Source of the DNA: Gemmatimonadales bacterium
GTDB lineage: Bacteria > Gemmatimonadota > Gemmatimonadetes > Gemmatimonadales > GWC2-71-9
Length of the DNA: 64,000 nt
Direction of reading: 5' to 3'
Assembly: GCA_046596135.1 (NCBI GenBank)
Contig: JBKJMX010000001.1
Coordinates: forward strand, 1,912 to 65,911
Shown: positions 49,672 through 59,528 of the stretch, piece by piece
Layout of the letters: every line of letters starts with the position of its first letter
How positions within the stretch are numbered: the first letter of the stretch is position 1
The notes under the pieces: model-generated
Database searches by the model: none
Seen by the model: the letters and a program-made list of their open reading frames with translations, nothing else
Told to the model about the DNA's origin: nothing
Made by a program: the position numbers and the translations under genes

Positions 49672-50583
49672 CTAGCGTTGCCGATTTGCGGAGCCCGCCA
49701 GGCGCAACGCGAGGCCGCGGCGCAACACGACGTCATCCCCCGCGCCGTCGAACCACGCACCGGGCCAGCTGCCCGTGCCGTCGCGCGCCCCGATGAGCGC
49801 GCCGAGCACCGACCCGATCGACACCGGCACACCGCCCGCGAGGACCATTTCCTCCAGCGCACGGGCACCGCGCGGTCGGTGATGGACAGTCCAGAGCATC
49901 CACGAGACGGCCGCGATCGGCGTCGCGTCACGGCCCGGTCGAGGCGGCGGATTGCGCGGATCGCGGGGGATTCGCGCAATCGCTTCAACCACCCCGACCG
50001 GCGCGTCGTTGGCGCGCAGGACGGCGAGCGCGTCGGGGATGAAATCCCGGTGCCCCGCCAGCAGTCGCGACGCGCCCACCACCGCCACCACCGCCGCCAG
50101 CGCCGTCGATTCGTCTGGATCGAGGAGGCGCGCCACATGGAAGGCCCCGCCGATCATCGCTTGTGGGGCGGTGGCCGTGAGCGCAGCAGGCAGCGCGGCG
50201 GCCATCGCGGCATTGCAGGGCGCACCGCCGGTCGGCCGGGGCGCGTCGAATGCTCCGAGGTGATGCAGCGCCTCGACGAGGGCCGGCTCGGCGTCGAGCC
50301 CGTCAGCCACGTGCCACGCGATCCATCGCTTCGCGAGGCGGCGAAGGTCGACCCCACCGGAGACGAGTTCCTCGATGAGCGCGTCGCCGAGCGCCACGGG
50401 TGCCCGGCGCCGCCCTGCGGGTGGCTGCGGGGGGAGTGGCCCGTCCGGGCCGACCAGCGCCCGCACGTCCTCAGCGGTGGTTGCATCCACCGTGACAGCG
50501 GCGAGCGACGCGCCGATCACTGCCCCAACGAGGAAGCCCTCGAGCCGATCCGGCACAGAGACCCGGGAAAGTGACGATTCCAT
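49672..50583 (-). CDS. ADP-ribosylglycohydrolase-like protein with degenerate metal-binding motifs
   Basis: N-terminal DRLEGFLVGAVIGASLA and C-terminal GGVPVSIGSVLGALIGARDG align with the ARH family signatures (GxxxGDAxG / GGDTDT). The acidic residues are replaced. Confidence 0.55.
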   Translation of the reverse strand: MESSLSRVSVPDRLEGFLVGAVIGASLAAVTVDATTAEDVRALVGPDGPLPPQPPAGRRRAPVALGDALIEELVSGGVDLRRLAKRWIAWHVADGLDAEPALVEALHHLGAFDAPRPTGGAPCNAAMAAALPAALTATAPQAMIGGAFHVARLLDPDESTALAAVVAVVGASRLLAGHRDFIPDALAVLRANDAPVGVVEAIARIPRDPRNPPPRPGRDATPIAAVSWMLWTVHHRPRGARALEEMVLAGGVPVSIGSVLGALIGARDGTGSWPGAWFDGAGDDVVLRRGLALRLAGSANRQR

Positions 50584-50693
50584 CGCCCCAAGAAACCGCG
50601 ATCGCGGCGCGGCGCAAGGCATCGGGGGCGGCGTTATCTTCCGGGAACGCAAGTTCGCGTCTTCCGCACACTTCGATCCCGAGGGGAACCACG

Positions 50694-51977
50694 GTGGCGA
50701 GCGATACCCTGACGATCACAGACAATCGCACCGGCACCTCCTACGAGGCTCCGGTCACCGATGGCACCATTCGCGCGATGGACCTGCGCGCGGTCAAGAC
50801 ATCGGCCGAGGATTTCGGCCTGATGACCTACGACCCGGCCTTCCTCAACACGGCCGCGTGTCGCAGCGCCATCACGTACATCGACGGTGACAAGGGGATC
50901 CTCCGATACCGCGGCTACCCCATCGAACAGGTGGCCGAGCACTCGTCGTTCCTCGAGGTCGCGTGGCTCCTCAATGAGGGGGAGCTGCCCAACGCGGCGC
51001 AGCTCGAGTCGTGGACCGAGGACATCCGCTATCACACCTACGTCCACACGAACGTGCTCAAGTTCCTCGACGCCTTCCGCTACGACGCGCACCCGATGGG
51101 AATGCTCCTCGGCGTGGTCGGCGCACTGTCGACCTTCTACCCCGACGCCAAGGACATCACCGACCCGCAGAACCGCTACATCCAGCGGGTCCGCCTGATG
51201 GCCAAGCTGCCGACCATCGCGGCGTTCTGCTTCCGGCATTCCCGCGGCCTGCCGTACGAGTTCCCGCGCAACGACCTCGACTACATCGGCAACTTCGTGA
51301 ACATGACGTTCAGCATCGGCGGAAAGCACGAGCCGAATCCGGTACTTCAACGTGCGCTCGAGATTCTCTTCATCCTGCATGCCGACCACGAGCAGAACTG
51401 CTCGACCAGCGCGGTTCGCGCGGTCGGTTCGTCGGGGGTCGACCCGTTCTCGGCGGTGTCGGCCGGGATCGCCGCGCTCTACGGCCCGCTTCACGGCGGC
51501 GCCAACGAGGCGGTGCTGCGGATGCTCGACGAGATCGGGACGAAGGACCGCATCCCGAAGTTCATCGAGGATGTGAAGAGCGGCGGGGACCGCCTTATGG
51601 GCTTCGGGCACCGCGTCTACAAGTCGTACGACCCGCGCGCCAAGCTGATCAAGAAGGTCGCGAACGACGTGTTCGCGCAGACGGGTCTCAACCCGAAGCT
51701 GGAGATCGCGCTCGAGCTGGAGCGGATCGCCCTGCAGGACGAGTACTTCATCAAGCGGACGGTGTACCCGAACGTCGACTTCTACTCGGGGCTCATCTAC
51801 CAGGCGATGGGGTATCCCACCGACTTCTTCACCGTGCTGTTCGCGCTCGGGCGCCTGCCGGGTTGGCTGGCGCAGTGGGAAGAGATGAACGGCGACAAGG
51901 AGCAGAAAATCGCCCGGCCGCGACAGATCTACACCGGCCCCGATGAGCGGGATTTCGTGCATATGGTCAAGCGCTGA
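50694..51977 (+). CDS. gltA: citrate synthase
   Basis: GTG at 50694, 6 nt after GAGGGGA. ILRYRGYPIEQ, LHADHEQNCSTS, GPLHGGANE and MGFGHRVYK motifs. Confidence 0.92.
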   Translation: MASDTLTITDNRTGTSYEAPVTDGTIRAMDLRAVKTSAEDFGLMTYDPAFLNTAACRSAITYIDGDKGILRYRGYPIEQVAEHSSFLEVAWLLNEGELPNAAQLESWTEDIRYHTYVHTNVLKFLDAFRYDAHPMGMLLGVVGALSTFYPDAKDITDPQNRYIQRVRLMAKLPTIAAFCFRHSRGLPYEFPRNDLDYIGNFVNMTFSIGGKHEPNPVLQRALEILFILHADHEQNCSTSAVRAVGSSGVDPFSAVSAGIAALYGPLHGGANEAVLRMLDEIGTKDRIPKFIEDVKSGGDRLMGFGHRVYKSYDPRAKLIKKVANDVFAQTGLNPKLEIALELERIALQDEYFIKRTVYPNVDFYSGLIYQAMGYPTDFFTVLFALGRLPGWLAQWEEMNGDKEQKIARPRQIYTGPDERDFVHMVKR

Positions 51978-51985
51978 ACGAGGCC

Positions 51986-52088
51986 TCAGTCGTCAGTCGT
52001 CAGCTACCCTCGTCGCGAAGGCCGGCATCCCTGAGGAGCGCCGGCCTTCATGCTGCGCAGACGCAGCAAACGACTGACGACTGACGAC
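51986..52088. repeat. inverted heptamer arrays enclosing two hairpins (convergent gltA/speA spacer)
   Basis: The (TCAGTCG)x2.5 array at 51986-52003 is the reverse complement of (CGACTGA)x2.5 at 52071-52088, giving 15-nt perfect arms (51989-52003 / 52074-52088). Inside are hairpins GAAGGCCGGC..GCCGGCCTTC (52017-52049) and TGCTGCG-CAGA-CGCAGCA (52051-52068). Confidence 0.9.
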
Positions 52089-52092
52089 CTTC

Positions 52093-54048
52093 CTACTCCG
52101 GCAGATCTCCCTCGAGATATGTATACCCTTCCAGCCCTGCCACATAATCCGCAATGAAGCCGTTCGCATCCTGGCGCGAGATGGTCCCCGCTCGCGCAGC
52201 CACCTTGCGCCGAAACGTGGCGAGCAGGTCGGAGGCGTGGAACTGCACGTAGGTCAACACCTCCGTCACCGTGTCACCATGGACGAGGTCCGTGATCTCG
52301 TACCCGCCCTCCTTCAGCCGCACGTGCACCGCGTTGGTGTCGCCGAAGAGGTTGTGCAGGTCGCCAAGGATCTCCTGATACGCACCGGTGAGGAAGATCC
52401 CGAGGATGTACGGCTCGTCCTCCTTCCACCGATGCAGTTCGAGCGACGGCTTTCCCCTCCGGCTCCCCGCAAAACGATCGATCTTCCCATCCGAATCGCA
52501 GGTCACGTCCTGAATGGTGCCACGTCGGCTCGGCATCTCGTCGAGGCGGTGGATCGGCATGATCGGGAAGATCTGGTCGATCGCCCAATTGTCCGGCAGC
52601 GACTGGAAGAGCGAGAAATTGCAGAAGTAGCGGTCGACCAGCGTCGTCTCAAGGTGGGCGACCAACTCGGGATGCGCGGCCCGCTCGTCGCCGATCTGTT
52701 GCGCGAGCGCATTGAGCGTGGTCAGGTAGAGCTGCTCGGCGTTCGCCTTGTCACGCAGGGTGTACACTCCGCTCGCGAAGTACTCCTGCGCTCGCTCCTT
52801 GGCAAAGACCGCGTCGTGGAACGCCTCCTCGACCCGGTCGAGGGACAGGGTCTCGAGATTCTCCTGCATCTCGAGCAGCGCCGGGTGGGCATCGGTGTCG
52901 AGCGTGACCCGCTGCGGTTCGTACTGTGACTCGCAGTCGATGACGTTGACCAGCAACAATGCATGATGCGCCGTGATCGCCCGGCCGGATTCGGAGATCA
53001 AGTGCGGCATCGGGACCGACTCATTGCGGCAGATGCCGCCGACGGTATAGACGACGTCGTTGGCGTACTCCCGCATGGTGTAGTTCACCGACGCCGGCCG
53101 CGTGGAACGCGACCCGTCGTAGTCGACCCCGAGGCCACCTCCCACATCGACGTAGGTGATGTCGAATCCCATCTTGCGCAGCTCGACGTAGTACCGACCG
53201 ACCTCCTCGAGGCCCTTCTTCAGGTGACGAATGTCGGTAATCTGCGAGCCCAGGTGGAAATGAACGAGCTCGAGGATGTGCTGCTTCCCCTCCCGCTCGA
53301 GGGTGTCGAGCAGGCGCACCAGCTCGACGGCCGACAGGCCGAACTTGGAACGCTCCCCGCCGCTCTTCGCCCACCGCCCCGACCCTTCGGTCGCCAGCTT
53401 GATCCGCACCCCAACCGTGGGCTCGACTCCCATCTCGGCGGCCACCTTGAGCAACACGTCAAGTTCGCTGACCTGCTCGAGCACGATCATCACCTTGTGG
53501 CCCAGCTGCTGGCCGATCAGCGCGAGTCGCATGAACTCCTCGTCCTTGTAGCCATTGCAGACGATGATGTGCCGGGTGGCCTCATTGAGGCCAAGCACGG
53601 CCATGAGCTCGGGCTTCGAGCCGCATTCGAGCCCCACGCCGTGGGGCGTGCCGAACTCGACGATCTCCTGGACGACGTGACGCTGCTGGTTGACCTTGAT
53701 CGGGTACACCGTGGTGTACTCGCCCTCGTAGCCGAAATCTCGAATCGCGTCGGCGAACCGGCCCGCGAGCTCACTGATCCGGGAATGGAGGACGTCCGAG
53801 AAGCGGAGCAGCAGCGGCATCCCGACGCCCTGCGCGCTCAGGTCCATCGCGATGTTATAGAGGTCGACGCCGGGCCCCGAGCCATCTGCCTCGCCACGTG
53901 GATGAACCTCCACGTGCCCCTCGTCGTTGACCCGGAAGTAACCGAGGCCCCATCCCTTCACGTTGTAGAGCTTCTCGGCGTCGCGCACGGTCCATCGCGC
54001 CGCGTCGGCGGCGGGTGGCAGGACGGACGGGGCGGTAGTGGTTGGCAT
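52093..54048 (-). CDS. speA: biosynthetic arginine decarboxylase
   Basis: Start MPTTTAPS. WTVRDAEKLYNVKGWG, YPIKVNQQ and DVGGGLGVDYDGS motifs. About 651 aa. Confidence 0.92.
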   Translation of the reverse strand: MPTTTAPSVLPPAADAARWTVRDAEKLYNVKGWGLGYFRVNDEGHVEVHPRGEADGSGPGVDLYNIAMDLSAQGVGMPLLLRFSDVLHSRISELAGRFADAIRDFGYEGEYTTVYPIKVNQQRHVVQEIVEFGTPHGVGLECGSKPELMAVLGLNEATRHIIVCNGYKDEEFMRLALIGQQLGHKVMIVLEQVSELDVLLKVAAEMGVEPTVGVRIKLATEGSGRWAKSGGERSKFGLSAVELVRLLDTLEREGKQHILELVHFHLGSQITDIRHLKKGLEEVGRYYVELRKMGFDITYVDVGGGLGVDYDGSRSTRPASVNYTMREYANDVVYTVGGICRNESVPMPHLISESGRAITAHHALLLVNVIDCESQYEPQRVTLDTDAHPALLEMQENLETLSLDRVEEAFHDAVFAKERAQEYFASGVYTLRDKANAEQLYLTTLNALAQQIGDERAAHPELVAHLETTLVDRYFCNFSLFQSLPDNWAIDQIFPIMPIHRLDEMPSRRGTIQDVTCDSDGKIDRFAGSRRGKPSLELHRWKEDEPYILGIFLTGAYQEILGDLHNLFGDTNAVHVRLKEGGYEITDLVHGDTVTEVLTYVQFHASDLLATFRRKVAARAGTISRQDANGFIADYVAGLEGYTYLEGDLPE

Positions 54049-54216
54049 CGGCCTCGGCTCCTCGGGGACATTGCCCGGTCGGGAAGGGATCAACAATAAC
54101 GGTCGCTCCCGGCAGGGGACAGCCGGACTCGACCAGCAGCCGATTATCCTCATTGCATCAACGTGACACTGCGTCAGGGGACGTGGAAGCGTTCAGCGGG
54201 AGCACCGGAGCGACAA

Positions 54217-55326
54217 ATGGCGAATCAGCGGGGATGGGCGGTCCGCGTCGGATCTGTCGGCGAGACCCAGGTTCGCGTGCATGTCACGATGTTGCTCCTG
54301 ATCGGCTGGTATGCGTGGATGGGCTGGCAACACGCGGGATCCTCGGGCGCACTCGACGAAGTCGTCTTCATTGTCCTGCTGTTCGCATCGGTTCTCCTCC
54401 ACGAGTTCGGGCACATCTTCGCGGCCCGTCACTATGGCATCGGCACCCCCGACGTCCTACTCACGCCCATCGGCGGCATCGCGCGCATTGCGTCATTGCC
54501 CCGGCGTCCCGCGCATGAACTGGTGATCGCGCTTGCAGGACCCCTCGTCACGCTGGCGATCGTGATCGCGCTCACCGGCACCTTCGTCGTGGGAGGCGCG
54601 CGGAGCTTCAGCCTGGGCGCCGGATTCCTCGACCTGCCCCTGTGGAGCGCCCTGCTCTACACCAACGTGGTGTTGCTCCTCTTCAACCTCATCCCGGCGT
54701 TTCCAATGGATGGCGGACGGGTGCTCCGCGCGCTGCTCGCGATGCGGCTCGGACTCGTTCGCGGCACCCGCATCGCCGCCCGAGTGGGACAGGCCATCGC
54801 CGCTGGATTCGCCCTGTTCGGGATCACGCACAGCCCCATCCTCCTCCTCATCGCAGGATTTGTGTTCCTCGGCGCGCAGGCCGAGCTCGAAGCGGTACAG
54901 GCCAGCGAACTCGCGGGCGGTCTCGATGCCGGCCGTTTGATGATGCCCAGCCTCGTCCTGCTCCCCCACGACACCACGCTCGACGCCGCGATGCGCATCG
55001 CCGTGCAGTCGGAGCAGACGGCGTTCCCCGTCACCGACCCGGAACACCATCTGCGTGGAGTGCTCACCCGTGACGACCTCTTGCGGGGTATTGCTGATGC
55101 CGGCCTCGACGCGCCGCTGTCCACAGTGCTGCGACCAACCAACGATCTCGACGCCATTGCCATCGACACCCCGTTCGACCAGGTGATCCAGCGCCTCCAC
55201 GCGTCTGGTCGCGACCTGGTGCCGGTCGTCGACGAAGCGGGTCGATTTGTCGGCCTGATCACCAGTCACCACGTCTCGGCGCTGCTCTCCGCCGAGCGGG
55301 CGCAGCGCGGGATACCGGGACGATGA
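54217..55326 (+). CDS. site-2 protease (peptidase M50) with C-terminal CBS pair
   Basis: GGAG lies 6 nt upstream of the ATG. HEFGH zinc motif, NLIPAFPMDGG, then two CBS-like repeats. Confidence 0.85.
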   Translation: MANQRGWAVRVGSVGETQVRVHVTMLLLIGWYAWMGWQHAGSSGALDEVVFIVLLFASVLLHEFGHIFAARHYGIGTPDVLLTPIGGIARIASLPRRPAHELVIALAGPLVTLAIVIALTGTFVVGGARSFSLGAGFLDLPLWSALLYTNVVLLLFNLIPAFPMDGGRVLRALLAMRLGLVRGTRIAARVGQAIAAGFALFGITHSPILLLIAGFVFLGAQAELEAVQASELAGGLDAGRLMMPSLVLLPHDTTLDAAMRIAVQSEQTAFPVTDPEHHLRGVLTRDDLLRGIADAGLDAPLSTVLRPTNDLDAIAIDTPFDQVIQRLHASGRDLVPVVDEAGRFVGLITSHHVSALLSAERAQRGIPGR

Positions 55327-56210
55327 TGCGTGTCGCGATCACCGGAGCAACCGGGCTGGTGGGCACCGCGCTCGGCACGTTCCTGCGGAAGGCGGGCCAC
55401 GTCGTGATCCCGATCTCCCGACGTCCAATGCCGGACGGGGTGCAGTGGGATCCGGCCTCTGGATCACTCGACGCCGCGGCACTCACCGAAATCGATGCGG
55501 TGGTGCATCTCGCTGGCGAGAACATCGCGGCGAAACGGTGGACGGAAACCCGCAAGCAGGAACTGATCGACAGTCGTGTCGGGCCGACGGACCTGCTGAC
55601 GCGCACGCTGGGGGGGATGGAGAACAAGCCAGCGGTGCTGGTGAGCGCGTCCGCGGTCGGGATCTACGGAGACTGCGGTGACGCGGTGATCGACGAGACG
55701 ACGCCCCCGGCCGACGACTTTCTAGGCCGGCTCGCCGTGGCGTGGGAAGCAGCCGCCAATCCGGCTCGCGACGCGGGGATCCGCGTGGCGCATCCCCGCT
55801 TTGCCCCGATCCTCTCCACGGAGGGCGGCGCACTCGCCAAGATGCTCACGCCGTTCCGACTCGGACTGGGAGGGCCGCTGGCCGGCGGCGAACATTGGAT
55901 GCCGTGGGTGTCAATCCAGGACGCGGTCCGCGCCATCGTGTTCCTGATCGACCAATCATCACTCGACGGACCGTTCAATGTTGCGGCGCCCGGCGTGGTG
56001 CGGAATGCAGAATTCACGAGCGCACTGGCGGCGGCAATACACCGTCCAGCCATCATACCGGTACCGGGCCTTGCGCTCCGCCTGCTCTTCGGCGAGCTCG
56101 CCGACGCAGCACTGCTGACCAGCGCGAGGGTTGTGCCCGCCAGGCTTGACGCGGCGGGATTTCGCTTCGAGCTGCCGCGCATCGAGGCCGCTCTCGCGGC
56201 ATTGACCTGA
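55323..56210 (+). CDS. TIGR01777/YfcH-like epimerase-family SDR (with DUF1731-like C-terminus)
   Basis: ATGA overlap. ITGATGLVGTAL and HLAGENIAAKRWTETRKQELIDSR. Confidence 0.85.
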   Translation: MMRVAITGATGLVGTALGTFLRKAGHVVIPISRRPMPDGVQWDPASGSLDAAALTEIDAVVHLAGENIAAKRWTETRKQELIDSRVGPTDLLTRTLGGMENKPAVLVSASAVGIYGDCGDAVIDETTPPADDFLGRLAVAWEAAANPARDAGIRVAHPRFAPILSTEGGALAKMLTPFRLGLGGPLAGGEHWMPWVSIQDAVRAIVFLIDQSSLDGPFNVAAPGVVRNAEFTSALAAAIHRPAIIPVPGLALRLLFGELADAALLTSARVVPARLDAAGFRFELPRIEAALAALT

Positions 56211-56279
56211 TCGCGTCGGGTCTGCGCTTCATGGCCGTCACTCTCGTGGGGAGCACATATGCCCGCTGCCGGTGAGCCG

Positions 56280-56738
56280 ATGACCATCTGGATCGACGCT
56301 GATGCCACGCCGCGGGAGGTAAAGGAGGTGGTGTACCGGGCCGCCAAGCGCCTCCAACTCCGCACCATCCTGGTCGCGAACCAGCGCCTCGAGACTCCAC
56401 CCGGGAACGACCTCGTGTCGGCAGTGCGTGTCGACGGCGGCCCCGACGTGGCCGATCAGCACATTGTTGATCACGCCGTCGCTGGCGACCTCGTCGTCAC
56501 GCAGGATATCCCGCTCGCGGCACTTCTCGTCCCCCGGGGAATCGTGGTGCTCGACCCTCGGGGCGATGAACACACCGAGGAAACGATCGGAGAGCGCCTC
56601 TCGATCCGCAACCTCATGGAGTCGTTCCGCGCCTCGGGCGTCAACACTGGGGGGCCGGCGCCCTGGGACGGCCGCCACAAACACGCCTTTGCGGCAGCGC
56701 TCGACCGCGCATTGACCAGGATGCTGAGGACGTCATGA
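56280..56738 (+). CDS. YaiI/YqxD family protein (UPF0178)
   Basis: MTIWIDADATPREVKEVVYRAA start is typical of the family. The listed 56259 start is possible. Confidence 0.75.
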   Translation: MTIWIDADATPREVKEVVYRAAKRLQLRTILVANQRLETPPGNDLVSAVRVDGGPDVADQHIVDHAVAGDLVVTQDIPLAALLVPRGIVVLDPRGDEHTEETIGERLSIRNLMESFRASGVNTGGPAPWDGRHKHAFAAALDRALTRMLRTS

Positions 56739-57245
56739 CTGCCCGGCAGCGCGATCTACGCCTTCGATCCGCGCCGCAGCGACCCTGGGATCGATAACCG
56801 GCGCGATGCCGCGGTCGTCAAGTTGCAGCGCAGCCAGGGCGCGCGCCACGATGACGTCACCCCCTTCGACCACCCGGCCAAAATCGATCTCGGCCTGCCT
56901 GCAGAACCGTTCCTGGCGCGGCGCGTCATTGATCGCGATGCCGCGGGCGTGAAGTCGCGCGTGCATGGCCTCATGAAGGATGGTTGCGGCCACTTGGGCG
57001 GTCGTGAAGGCCCGATTGACCACAAACGTCAGTTCGACGAGGCAAGTGCGCGTCTGCGGTAGGTACGCGCCGCGATACGCGCGCCGCTCGACCAGGAAGC
57101 CGGAGAAGTCACGGTGCATTCGCCGAAGGTGATGTGGGACATGCCGGTCGAGCAGATCGAGAGCGGCGGCCAGCCGCTCCAGCACGTCGCTCGTCCGGAT
57201 GTCCGGCCGAGTGTTGATGACGGTGACACCGAAGCCCCTCACCAT
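56733..57245 (-). CDS. hypothetical protein with HExxH motif
   Basis: ATILHEAMHARLH is a zincin-like motif. The 3' end overlaps the yaiI-like 3' end by 6 nt (convergent). Confidence 0.5.
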   Translation of the reverse strand: MVRGFGVTVINTRPDIRTSDVLERLAAALDLLDRHVPHHLRRMHRDFSGFLVERRAYRGAYLPQTRTCLVELTFVVNRAFTTAQVAATILHEAMHARLHARGIAINDAPRQERFCRQAEIDFGRVVEGGDVIVARALAALQLDDRGIAPVIDPRVAAARIEGVDRAAGQS

Positions 57246-57277
57246 CGATCGCTCTACCAGTGCGCGCCTCTCATATG

Positions 57278-57952
57278 CTATCGATCGCGATAGAGCGCCG
57301 GGAACTGCTTCTTCAGCGCCTCCACCTTGGGCTTGTCGTTGTAGACGATGTATGGCTGCGAGGGGTGGAGGTCGTAGTACCCCTGATGGTACGACTCGGC
57401 CTCGAAAAACTGTCCCCAGGGTGCCACTTCGGTGACGATCGGCGCGGTGAACGTCTTCGCCTTCGTCAGTTGAGCGATATACTGATCGGTCATGGCACGC
57501 TGCGCCGGCGAGGCGTAATAGACGGCCGAACGGTACTGCGTGCCGCGATCGGGGCCCTGACGATTGAGCTGCGTCGGGTCGTGCACGACCGAGAAGAACA
57601 CCTTCATCAGGTCGGCATAGGTCACCACCGATGGATCAAAGACGACCTTGACGACTTCCGCATGGCCGGTGCTCCCCGAACTGACTCGCTCGTAAGATGG
57701 GTTCCGGGCGGTGCCTCCTGCGTACCCAGACACCACATTGATCACACCATTGACCCGCTCGAACACCGCCTCTACGCCCCAGAAGCATCCACCCGCCAGC
57801 AGGACGGAATCACGGCCGGCCATCGCAGCGAGGGGTGGTGCGTTGGCGACATCAGGCAACGGGATGGCGTCATCCGCCCTCGCGCCCTGGCATCCCGCCA
57901 CGAACACGACGGCACCAAGGGCAAGGGTGATACGGGCAGATCGGGAAAACAT
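57278..57952 (-). CDS. msrA: peptide-methionine (S)-S-oxide reductase, exported/lipoprotein form
   Basis: GGCFWGVEAVF active-site motif. N-terminal MFSRSARITLALGAVVFVAGC lipobox. The start could also be 57979. Confidence 0.9.
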   Translation of the reverse strand: MFSRSARITLALGAVVFVAGCQGARADDAIPLPDVANAPPLAAMAGRDSVLLAGGCFWGVEAVFERVNGVINVVSGYAGGTARNPSYERVSSGSTGHAEVVKVVFDPSVVTYADLMKVFFSVVHDPTQLNRQGPDRGTQYRSAVYYASPAQRAMTDQYIAQLTKAKTFTAPIVTEVAPWGQFFEAESYHQGYYDLHPSQPYIVYNDKPKVEALKKQFPALYRDR

Positions 57953-57991
57953 GCAGCCTCCATAGGAATCGGTTGCCATGCGCTTGCTCCC

Positions 57992-59248
57992 TTACAACGA
58001 TGGAGGTGCTCGATCGGTTCTCTGGTCTGCGCCGTCGGCGTTTGGCGGCGCAAAGGCGAGTTCCTCAGCCACGGCGCTTCGCGGCAATGCCTCGACGGGA
58101 ATGAGTGATTCGATGCCACCGCCATTTCCGGCGCCGAGATCCCGCAGTCGCCTCGCGGTGGGCAGCACTCGGGACTCAATGGATCCGACCGCGCTGTTGT
58201 AGGCGGTGACCGCGTGCTCCAGTCCGCGACGCACGCGCTCCAGGTGCTCGCCGACCGTGCGCATCCGGTCGTGCAGCGCAATGGCCTCGTCCCGAATCAA
58301 CGCCGAGTTGCGAGCGACCCGTTCCTGCTGCCATCCGTGCGAGACCGCCTTGAGCACGGTGATGAGAGTGGTCGGCGAGGCCGGTATCACGCCACGTGAA
58401 ATCGCGTAGTCGATGAGTCCCGCGTCACGAAGGCACGCAGCGCTGAAGAACGCCTCGCCGGGTAGGAAGAGCACCACGAAGTCCGGCGCGTCGGCAAATT
58501 GGCTCGAGTAGTCCTTTCGGGACAGGGCCGTGACGTGATCACGAACTTGCCTGGCGTGCTGGTCGAGCAACGCACCGCGCGCAGCGTCATCGCTGGCATC
58601 GAGGGCGTCGAGGTACGCGGAGAGCGGCGCCTTGGCGTCGACGATCACGCTCTTGCCACCGGGAAGGTGGACCACGAGGTCGGGACGCAGGCGGGCGCCC
58701 TCTGTCCCCACCGTCACCTGCTCGGAAAAGTCACAGTGCTCCTGCATCCCGGCCAGTTCGACCACGCGCCGAAGCTGCAGCTCACCCCACTGGCCCCGGC
58801 CCTGCGGCGCCCGCAATGCGCGGACGAGCTGCTGGGTCTCGCCGGTCAGTTGCTGCTGCGCCATCGCCATCGATCGCAGGTGCTCCTGCAGCGACGCCGC
58901 GCTGGCGACCCGATCGCGATCGAAGGCCTGCAGCCGGGCATCCACCCGGGCGAGTCCCTCGTGCATTGGTCGAAGGAGATGATCGATCGCTTGTGCCCGT
59001 GCATCCAAGTCGGAGCGCGCACCCTGCTGAAACTCGCCCATCGACGCGCGTGCCACGGCCAGAAACTGGTCATTGTTGGCCCGCAAGGCATCGGCGGCGA
59101 TCGCCGTGAACGACTCGCGCAGCCCCGTGCCCGCACGGCCGGCGTGACGCGAACCAAGAATCCAGCCGACCAGCACGCCACCTATGACCGCGACGGCGAT
59201 GGCCAGCAGCCAGCTCGGAGTGGTCAATCCCTGACCCGCCCTGACCAC
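57992..59248 (-). CDS. rmuC: DNA recombination protein RmuC
   Basis: N-terminal TM helix, long coiled-coil region and C-terminal RmuC core (VIVDAKAP..., DFVVLFLPGEAFFSAA). Confidence 0.85.
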   Translation of the reverse strand: MVRAGQGLTTPSWLLAIAVAVIGGVLVGWILGSRHAGRAGTGLRESFTAIAADALRANNDQFLAVARASMGEFQQGARSDLDARAQAIDHLLRPMHEGLARVDARLQAFDRDRVASAASLQEHLRSMAMAQQQLTGETQQLVRALRAPQGRGQWGELQLRRVVELAGMQEHCDFSEQVTVGTEGARLRPDLVVHLPGGKSVIVDAKAPLSAYLDALDASDDAARGALLDQHARQVRDHVTALSRKDYSSQFADAPDFVVLFLPGEAFFSAACLRDAGLIDYAISRGVIPASPTTLITVLKAVSHGWQQERVARNSALIRDEAIALHDRMRTVGEHLERVRRGLEHAVTAYNSAVGSIESRVLPTARRLRDLGAGNGGGIESLIPVEALPRSAVAEELAFAPPNADGADQRTDRAPPSL

Positions 59249-59258
59249 CGCCGTGCCG

Positions 59259-59528
59259 TCACGGATCTGTCGCGGCCGCTGCTTCGCGTGCCCGGCGTGC
59301 AGCCGCCGAGTCGGTGAGCCGATTGGCGGCGTTGACGCCCGACGCTCCGGGCAGCCGCGACGCGCCGATCACGCTGTCGCGCTGCCGCGTCGTCAGGGTA
59401 TCCGAGCGCGCGTCGGGGCGATTGCCAGACGAGCACGCGAGGAGACCGATTGCGCATCCCGCAGCCATCAACACCAAGGGCCGGACCGTCGGGAAGACGC
59501 GCCATGGCGCCTTTCGCGCGGCGGCCAC
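59259..59528 (-). CDS. small hypothetical lipoprotein
   Basis: LLACSSG lipobox. Contiguous with the upstream gene, but short with no recognisable domain. Confidence 0.4.
   Translation of the reverse strand: MAAARKAPWRVFPTVRPLVLMAAGCAIGLLACSSGNRPDARSDTLTTRQRDSVIGASRLPGASGVNAANRLTDSAAARRAREAAAATDP

Noticed and set aside
50634-51962. 442-aa minus-strand ORF, and the 378-aa plus-strand ORF 52963..54099
   Set aside because: They are antisense to citrate synthase and arginine decarboxylase respectively, both of which have textbook motifs.
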